From Balanoglossus misakiensis (Eukaryota; Animalia; Hemichordata): a stretch of DNA of 64,000 nucleotides. Below, piece by piece: positions 55,137 to 64,000 of the stretch. Numbering within the stretch: position 1 is the first letter of the stretch; each line of letters opens with the position of its first letter. The position numbers were made by a program, and so were the translations under genes. The notes under the pieces are model-generated. The model saw only the letters and a program-made list of their open reading frames with translations. It was not told where the DNA came from and made no database searches. The stretch spans positions 6,012,849 to 6,076,848 of the forward strand of contig CM082583.2 in the NCBI GenBank assembly GCA_040954595.2. Direction: 5' to 3'.

Positions 55137-55192
55137 TATTTCTCAGAAAAAGCCGAATCATCCATATTTCTCAGAAAAACCTGAATCATCCA
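55137..55192. repeat. 28-bp tandem duplication (2 copies)
   Basis: TATTTCTCAGAAAAAGCCGAATCATCCA followed by TATTTCTCAGAAAAACCTGAATCATCCA (2 mismatches). Confidence 0.9.
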
Positions 55193-56755
55193 TAATATGA
55201 TACAACGGTTCAATACGAGTCTGTTATGATGAACACGTGCATGCTGATTGCATTGTGGTGGAGGGGGGGGTGTCCATCATTACTACACCGAATTTGATGA
55301 TGATCTGCTATCTATCGATGAAGAACTCATACTAATATCGATTTCTCAGGCAAAAGATTAAAAATTAATGTAGCACAAATTGCATATTGAGTGAATGTTT
55401 GCAACATCTTTAGAGCTCACATAGAGATCTAATTGATTCGGCTCATTGTCAGTGAACAGACAATTTACTAAGTATACGTGTTCTTATGTTACCACTGTTT
55501 ACCCTACTTACATTTACATTGCTTACATTTACGAAAAGCCTCAATGTCCTTGAGTTAAGCATCTTTTTGGGCGTATATTTGGTACGTATTATCTGCAACA
55601 ATGCAGTCGACTCCAATCCACCCTGTGGGTAAAGCTAGTAGACAAGGGCAGCCTTACAAGCACGACATATTTAATCCGAAGGAGAGTGAAAGGAATATAT
55701 GGCTTCCCAACCCTCTGATTTCATTTACGTTATTTGCCAGGCCCATCAAGCCCCGGCAAATTAGCCGAAACCATTCCTTTTAGCTGTCTGCCTTTCAAGA
55801 TGTACTTACAGAATGATGTTAGTTCAACGACCCGCCTTAAAAAGTCGTGAGAATGCTGAAAGAGTTGGGGGAGGCTAATTTAGATCGACAGTGAGTGGAA
55901 TAGCCATTTTCGGTGACTGGACGGGAAGCGATGTTCGATAATGACAGGCATTGACCAAATTAGTTCAGATCTCTTCGCCGAATCAAACTTCTATTTAAAC
56001 ATACATTCTGGAGGAAATGGACGGGAAGGTAACATCAAGCAGTCATTACTGCGTGAATGGACGGCGCGAGCAACAGTCAGTGTTTGTAGGAACCTCCGAA
56101 CAACGTTGCCTTGGGAACGAACGCAATTCATTTGAAAGGAAATCAATTGACATCGACACTACCACGAAAAGTAGTTATATTTTGTGCAGTTGTTCGGGAT
56201 AGAATTTGTATGTTCACACCAGGCTCCCAGAACACTGTTTTCGATTTCTGATTCCAATTTCTGAGAATTCGAGAAAAACAAGAAACCAGATGATCGCTTG
56301 CATTCATGCATTCATTGTAATTGGTCCTACACCACAGTCTATACCGTTCCCCGGGGTGACTGCATGTTATTACCATAATCATCAGACGAGGTGTCTGGAG
56401 CCACTTAAGAAGGTACATCATTTCGTCGTTCATGATGTTCATATACTTTACCTTATTGTAAAAGGGGCCCTTACAAACAAAACAAAACCGTCAATATTAC
56501 TTTACAAACTTGGTTTACATTTGCACAGTAGCTACAGAAATATCAGCGGTATTTCAGATGTGTGTTGCCTGAACCGTTATACACAGTTTGGTTAGACTTT
56601 TCGAATATTGTCTTCTGGGAGGTTATCAGTATTCCATGCGGCGACTTTCGCGAATTGTTACACTTTCACACATGCTAACACTTTAGGAAACACACATTAG
56701 CGCACTACTTGTCACGTGTGAGTTGTATTCTCTTGTCATACTGGCCACAACCATA

Positions 56756-57076
56756 GTAGGAGATATGCGCCTCGGGTGCTGATTTACAGAAAAATGATAC
56801 GTCTCCAAAAGCCTTTCAATTCTCGGAAAACCACGGTGTTCAACGTCTTGTTTTCATAGAACTCATTACTATATTTCTTCTGCTTAGGGTTAGCACATGG
56901 ATCGGCGGCCATTTTGAATAGCAAATTCGAGACAATTTTGCTGTCTGGTTCGAAATTTTGCACTGGGGCCCCGGTTTTTGTATTCTCAATTTCAAGAGAG
57001 ACTAATCTAAAGCTGCCTTGAGCGAAATATAAGAAAATGTTTGAGACTTTCATTTTCGAGATGAATACCACCTTAA
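56756..57076. mobile_element. Non-autonomous TTAA-ended DNA transposon (MITE-like), diverged, about 320 bp
   Basis: Left end TAGGAGATATGCGCCTCG and right end CGAGATGAATACCACCTTAA are degenerate inverted repeats. The core GGCGGCCATTTTGAATAGCAAATTCGA (from 56904) matches the reverse complement of the core at ~28515-28541 at 25/27 positions. Confidence 0.6.
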
Positions 57077-59155
57077 AGCAAAAACAAGACAATCAGCAGT
57101 GATTTTTGTCTGCAAACAGAATGTGTCGGTCCTTGCACAGGTATACGCTTGGGGGTTAATGGCGGATGGCAGACGGTAATCACAGCATAATTGTTACGGA
57201 CTTTTAGGGGTCTCGAACAATAAATTGTCAGCCATCATTGGTGATGCAACAGGTCACTTGCATGACCCCTGTATGACTTAAGATCCGGGTGCTTTTGCGC
57301 GGAATTTCCACTCTAGTACTTTTTTGTCACGAAACACAATTTAAAGTATTTGTTCTAGGATGAGTTGGAGTGTACAGGTTCAATAGTATACTCGACTGTT
57401 CAAGAGGTTACCCTCGAAACGACTCATGCAAACAAAGTGTCCGGATGTAAAAGGTCACACAGAGGCCCCTGGAAGTTCTTAGGGTCACCAACTAAACTCA
57501 ATGAAGACTTTACTCTGCGATTTTTTTTGCACCAAGTACCAGAAATATTGCCGACATGCACTGTGTTTCGAGAGGGACGATACAAATAAATTGTAACATT
57601 TGTTTGTATAGTTGTAGGAGGGGATGGTGCATTCGGTATTTTGCTCCAATGTTTGATTTAATCTCTTAAATGTAGAAAGCTAGTTAGTGCCGGTTTTTGT
57701 GGCCGCCATATTTTAAGATGAGATCGACGCTGACTTCAGGGCACAAGAGCAGATCATTGGAAAAAAATACAAAAATTAGATACACCGGCAGGGATATGTC
57801 TAAGATTACCGTAAACAAGTAAATCCTAATTGACGTCATGTGACTTCCTAAACATTTGGGTAAGAACGACACGACGACACACAGACATGGCGCGTATACG
57901 CACTGAACATTTCTTTCTTCTGAAATTACATTTACATGTAGCATATGGTGTACAACGTTGGGAGTGTACTACGGAAACTAATAGAACAACATTTAACAAA
58001 ACCACGACATTATACGGTGTACATGTACTATCTTTACGTTCAACGTCAACACGTAAAGCGTGCCATTTACGCACAAACGCCAACCCACCGCAGGACCATC
58101 TAATCTTAACATCTGCTTCCATAGAATGCTTTAATAACACGCTGCTATTGATTTGATTACGCTTGATAGAGCATTTATCTTGACTTTATTGCGTTTCACA
58201 GATTTCTGTTTCCGTTCGCAATTGATAAACTGTGCTAAACATGCCACGACATAATTTTGTGATCCCGTATAACGTGTATACCACCACGTAACCGTTACTT
58301 AATTTTGTAGTCTCCTTTGACTAGTTTAATTTCCTGTAGTTTTCGTAATGCTATTCGAATGCATCATTCGTGACATCAGTCTTAGCAATCGCACCAGGGG
58401 TGAATGTAAATTCTACTGAATACGGCAGAGCTAGTGTAAATGGTGAACATACTCGTACTTTTAACTAGGCCAATACTAATAATATAGGATTTCCCTCTCA
58501 TTGTGAGATCTCGCGAGACTTGGTTAATTACTGTAGCACTGGGTTGCTATATCTATCCATGGATGCAGAGGATAGAGGAAACCACATTTAGTACTACGCG
58601 GTACCCAACATAAACTTCGGTTTTCTTTTCTGCCGTATAATTACCAGTAAACGAACTAAGGCGAGGGCATGCCCTCCGTACCTTGAGATCAGATCACAAT
58701 GAACTAGCTTCCCTGAAGGGGACAATCAGCTACACTCAGAATAAGCTACATTATAGGTCCTTGAGACACGAGGCAGGGATCTGGACGACCGAGAATCGTC
58801 TAAATAAGGCTCCGGTCACGTTCCCGCGTCCAAACAATAGAGTAATAGCCGACAGCAAGCTACATATGAACTTGCAGGCATGACAAACTGCTCGTTTTAC
58901 CGCCACTTAGCGTTACACTTCCCGGCAATATTGTTTGAACAATGTGCACGTTTGAGAACCCCTCCTGTGTGCGTGATATTTGGATAAAGATGTATGATTG
59001 GCCCCTGCAAGGACCGCAGCAGACGACATACTCGTTTCGTCTACCTGAATCCATTCGTTGGGTTCTCTCCACTATCTTTCCAGCACGACACCCTGTTTTG
59101 GAATTGGGTGATGGGGGGGGGGGTCACCCACTTTTCCATGTTCAATGAGGGGGTT

Positions 59156-59320
59156 ACTCTTCCCCTCTCTCCGTCTCTCGCTCTGTCTGTGTACGTGTGT
59201 GTGCCTCTCTGAGTGTGTGTGTCTCTTTCTCTCTCCCTCGCTCTTTCTCTCTCCATCCCTCTGTCTTCCTCCCTCCCCATCTCTCCCTCCCTCTCCCTCT
59301 CCCTCCATGTCTCTCTCTGT
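59156..59320. repeat. CT/GT-rich low-complexity tract
   Basis: Imperfect (CT)n, (GT)n and (CCCT)n runs. Confidence 0.85.
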
Positions 59321-62300
59321 GCTACACTCTGTTAGTGTTTCGAATCATCATTGAAATGAATGAAATACCATTTAACTGCTATTTACTTAATTTCCCTTTT
59401 TTAATATTTGGGTAAGACGAATTAATACCCGACCACTGTACATGATCCGAGCTATAAATGAAATGCAAGTCGCAGATAATTCCGTGACATATTGTGGAAT
59501 GTCTCCCGAAGCATCTCTGTCTGTCGGGTATTTTACACTAGACGGCAGAATTTGAAACACTCAACTGTAGACTTTTGTTAAGTAATGGAGATTACTTGTT
59601 CGGCATGGCTGCATCCGTCACGCTTAACTTATCACAAAACTGATTAGACGCTAAGTAGGAGTGATTAGCGGCGCGGTGTACCACTTAAATATATTGCGGC
59701 AACGCGGCAGCTTGGGAGACGGTTTGATGACACCGTGGGATACCCAGATAGTCTCTGATGATGCCGTTTGTGAAGCAAAACTCTCGCGTCTGGAGATAAC
59801 ACCTTGTGGTTTAACAACAAAACAAAACACGGTTGCCGACCCTGCCCTAAACATTGTACTACGGCTCAAAATCTCAGACGAGTGTACTTACGATTATCGT
59901 TAAACAATTCATAAACTTTAAGGTAACAAATAAAGCGTTAGGAATGGTTAACGACGAGGGATAAGGTTGGAAGTTATGGCACGTTGAATTGCGCCGTTAA
60001 AGTTGTGTGATTGTATGTCGACTGAGCTCTTCTTTTTCTATTGCGCGCATGCTGATTCGCACTCGAGACGATTTTTATCAACGGATGGAATTCCTGGATG
60101 ATTTTCTCCTGTGTTCGTCATGTATATTAGATGATAAAAAAGCTAGACATATAGCGAGTGAATGTAAATCACTTGAACTCAATGTCACAGGGCAAAAGAA
60201 TTAAAACGTTTCACTTCATGCGTTTATTTTAAAAAGGACTATGTCTGCAGGAACATCAATACATGATTCGAAGCAACATGTACATATCACGGGAACAAGC
60301 AGACTTCAGTAGAACTTCGAAAAGTCGACACTTTACTGTCAAAGTGCGTTTGGGTTTCGTGAATTCACACGCGATCCGTCATAGACGGCACGTAATTACA
60401 TTCCGAAAGCAAAATGCAACCGACACGACTTTTAAAGGTCGACGATCATATTATGTGCATGTGCGTAATTTCGTGTGTACAAACATTGCGTCCGATCCAA
60501 ATGTTCTGCAAATTTTGTGTTGAACGCATTCAAATGGTTGACTGCCTTCGCTTCCTTCCATATTTCATGCGCACCATATAAGTAGACTTCAGTTTTGTCC
60601 CCTTTCACACAATATTCTGTCTTTTCCAGATCTCCGACACATGGCATGGCATTGACTGTACACATTTTTGTAACCAGGGTCTCTGATTTGGCACATGCGC
60701 ATGAGACGATCGTCGCCCTTTAACTAAATTATTAGAAATATCTACATATGTAACTCTGTCTTTTCAAAGCCGTTGCACTAATGTCTCGATTTTATTTCTT
60801 CTGTTTCATGCAATGGGAACACATCCTATCTTCTGAATATACATGCATCATGTTATACACATATGTAGGCCTAAGCTATCAAGTTCTGTGTGTGTTGTAT
60901 GTGTTCAAGTTTGTAGTCAATGCAGACAGGGCTAACAGACTGCTGGTGCTCCCATGATATGATGTTATATATAGGTGTCCAGGTACGTCTGAATTTGTGA
61001 CGTAAACCGCTTCGGAAAGGTTGCAAGGTAAAGCCTAATTGGAGATCTCGTAAATGACAGAAATGTCCCAGGAATATGGCAATAGCACGGCGGAGGATTG
61101 ACGGGAGCTATGAGTCATTTTAACGACTCGGAGTAGTCGGCGGGAGAGCCTCATCTCCATTCATTTGAGAATAGCCTCGTTAAATTATTGATCGTCATAT
61201 CTTTGGGGAGCTCAAAGTAATTGGTCTGGCCATTGACGAATAGTCTGCCCAATACCCCACATTATAAATTTTACATGCAGAAAATCTGCACGGAAGATGT
61301 TCAAATAAGATGGATAAGCCGTGGCCGTTTCGCGATATTTACAGCCACGGCATCGGGTAATATGTTATTAATCTTGATTCTTTTAGGAAATACGGTAATT
61401 GAAGCATACTCCCGTGCCCTAATGGATAATGTAATCTGTTAAGGGTGTGCCGAACAAAGTACTGTCGCATAGCCTGGCGAACGTATATGATATAATAATC
61501 CTCGGTTAACAGCCAAACTACATGTACTTTCGAAAGTAGATTAGAGTTGACATTAACCTACTACTGTACAGTCGGGTATTTTTTCATATTCTCCAAAGCT
61601 AATGCAACAGACAAAACAGAATTCACTGGAACAGAGAAACGCCGTAAACCCGACGACTGTCTCGTGCATACGAAGAGTAACTCTGGTGAGGTCCCCGAAC
61701 AGAACTGATTTACAAATATAGATTTGCCACCAGAGACTGTAGTGACGTGGCAATCATTTACTTTAGTCCGCGCATCAGAAACCATTGACTTTGCAAGGCC
61801 ATTATAGAAGAAGAAGAAGCACACGCCCCTTCCTCAGCCGAATTCCACGAACGTTTAGCTCGTTCGTTTCCGGCACCGACCACTTGTTGCAACTCGTCCA
61901 TGTATCAAGACACGTGATCGATGGCTACATCGTCCAAATTAAAGCTAGCGTATAAACTAATTGCCCTCAGATGTACACGAATGGTAATACAATCACCAGT
62001 GGCACGCCAGCCATATGATTAATGAAGCCACACATTCGCGGGAAGCCAACGAGTGCTTGCAGTTCCTGACATGCGAATTGCAAGATTTTGCACCACGCGA
62101 GTGCCGACACTTGCAGTTGAAGCCTTACATCGTAACGAAGGAATAAGGACTGATACTGAGCTGATATTCTGCGCACCTCAATGTGTTGGCTGACGAGCCG
62201 CGCCGGTGTAGTGAGATCACGTGAAGCCCTTCTTGAACGGAATCATCGGGGTGTTCTCTTTGTTGCACGTGCGCTAATTCCTTTGCTCGAAGGGGCGAAC

Positions 62301-63129
62301 GCGTGGCAGATTCTTGGTTGATTACTCTGTCGCCATGGAGATTGTTGACGTGGGAACAATGAAATCCGACTGCAAAGACCTCGCCGCGTTACCGACCATT
62401 TTATTGAGGAGTGGTTAGGCTTGCATGTAGCCGTATCCATCACCCCCACCCCCGATCCGTCAACTTCTGACGGACGCCCACTGAAAAAATCACTTGAGCG
62501 ATTTGCGTTTCTGGTCAGTAGGAATCAGCCAACCCATGTTGCCGTCAAAACCAATGTGACCAAACATCGGTGATTCAAGTTGTTAGTCACCTTCACAACT
62601 TTGAGTAGTGTATGGCGTCAAGCTTTTGAATTGACACATTGGGGGCACTAATAAGACACGGGCATGAGACAACTGAGAAAGTTGATCAACGTCACAGATA
62701 CATGTACATGCACAGTCCAGAAACCATGAACTTACAGTGCAAGTGAATATGGACGTGACTATCACCGATCAATGAAGTTATTTTAAGGCACACTATTGTC
62801 ATCATCTCTCAAAGTAACGCTGTCGCACCCAACAAGTCGCCTATTGTAACCATCTCTCTATAGCCCCGAGATCGCATGCAATATTCTATCCGCATTCGAA
62901 ACGTCATCGATATTCAATACCCTCATGGAATCAAAGCTCATCTAACCAAGGGACCCTTAAGCGAATTGCCTTAATGTCAGACGTTGTCGAGCACAAACAA
63001 ATATCAAGATTTGTATGATAAACAAAGCAAACGGTGACATATAAAAGCCATCATTCGTGTACAGCGTAAAACTTGATTCATCGCTATCGTAATTTTGTAG
63101 AATATGTCACTGCCTTCCTTTTGAAGTCT

Positions 63130-63420
63130 TTTTCGTAATTTATTTATCCCTCTGAACATTCACTATACATTCACTTTTTCCCCGTGGTTAGGTTCTTCAC
63201 GGCAATTTGTCAAAACAGAACAGTTATCCTTTCCATGAGCTAACAAACCCTGGCGCCATATTAAAATATTGAAGCAAAATCTGTAAGATGTGCCCGAAAG
63301 ACTATAACTCCTATTCATTTTTTTCTCTTAATTTATAGTTTTCGGTCACCTAATCCCCCTTTTCGTAGACGATACGTCTCCCGTTTCTTAGAACACTAAG
63401 AGAGTCTCAATGAAGTTCAT
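63130..63420. mobile_element. Probable third, more diverged copy of the same family (boundaries approximate)
   Basis: TTTCCATGAGCTAACAAACCCTGGCGCCATATTAAAAT (~63230-63268) resembles the family core TCTCCATAGAGCAAACATAGATATTGGCGGCCATTTTGAAT. Confidence 0.3.
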
Positions 63421-64000
63421 TATATATACATGTATGTATTACTGAGTCTACACAATCAAACAATACACCCTGCTAACAAGCCTACACCGTAAACTACCTG
63501 TAATTTCATCCTTTTAAAGCACGCTACACGTATGTCTCATTGAATTTACAAGCTACATGTTTAAATTTTATGATTCCTATTCATGGCAGGTCTACATATA
63601 CGGATACAAACTTATCTTGATCTGGCTTTGAGCAATGCTGACGACTATATCTTTGAACCTGGACGTGATTTGTATAAAAGAGTTCATTTAACTGACATCA
63701 CACGGGCGTTTCAAGCACTGGCGGTTAGGAATGACTTTTCTCACATTCCCGAACGCCAGGAGTGCGAGAAGGACGATGCGAGATCAAATCGAACTACATG
63801 TAATAATTTTGCATATTCGATTTATATGACACGAGCGATGATTGGATAATGAATGTTCAGTTACTGTAACATGTATCTGTCCACGCCGATATGCTGGAAT
63901 GTCACAAGAAATGACATGCGACGAATCAATATGTTTTGCCGCGTAAAGAAAGAATCGCTCAAACGACCGCTGGATACAGGATACGACTGGAGGAAATATT

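Noticed and set aside
55137-55192. 28-bp direct repeat as a CRISPR-like array
   Set aside because: Two adjacent copies with no spacer, in a eukaryotic context; a simple tandem duplication.
63583-63849. ORF containing YLDLALSN, like the LINE endonuclease 'LDLVLTN' motif
   Set aside because: No following SDH motif or preceding GDFN motif; likely chance.
1-64000. Frequent TACATGTA / ACATGT palindromes throughout
   Set aside because: Spread across the window without obvious clustering or periodicity; most likely a genome-wide compositional signature rather than a locus-specific system.

Overview
Eukaryotic (metazoan) genomic DNA, mostly non-coding, with microsatellites, small foldback/MITE-like elements and no obvious CpG depletion. 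An invertebrate deuterostome such as a hemichordate or echinoderm is my inference, not proven. The only well-supported protein-coding feature is the first coding exon (minus strand, 17503->17030) of a rhodopsin-class peptide GPCR that closely resembles kisspeptin receptors (KISS1R/GPR54). It ends at a phase-0 GTAAGT donor within TM3. I found no downstream exons in 1-17029, so the rest of the gene probably lies left of the window. A candidate TATA+Inr promoter and non-coding first exon lie at about 19050-19240. The remaining ~45 kb upstream has no recognisable gene. It carries many RFX X-box motifs, several full CRE sites, a possible decayed GPCR-like exon (~21300-21560) and diverged copies of a TTAA-ended non-autonomous transposon. 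Nearly all other ORFs in the track look like chance ORFs. I see no prokaryotic system, CRISPR array, rRNA or intact tRNA.
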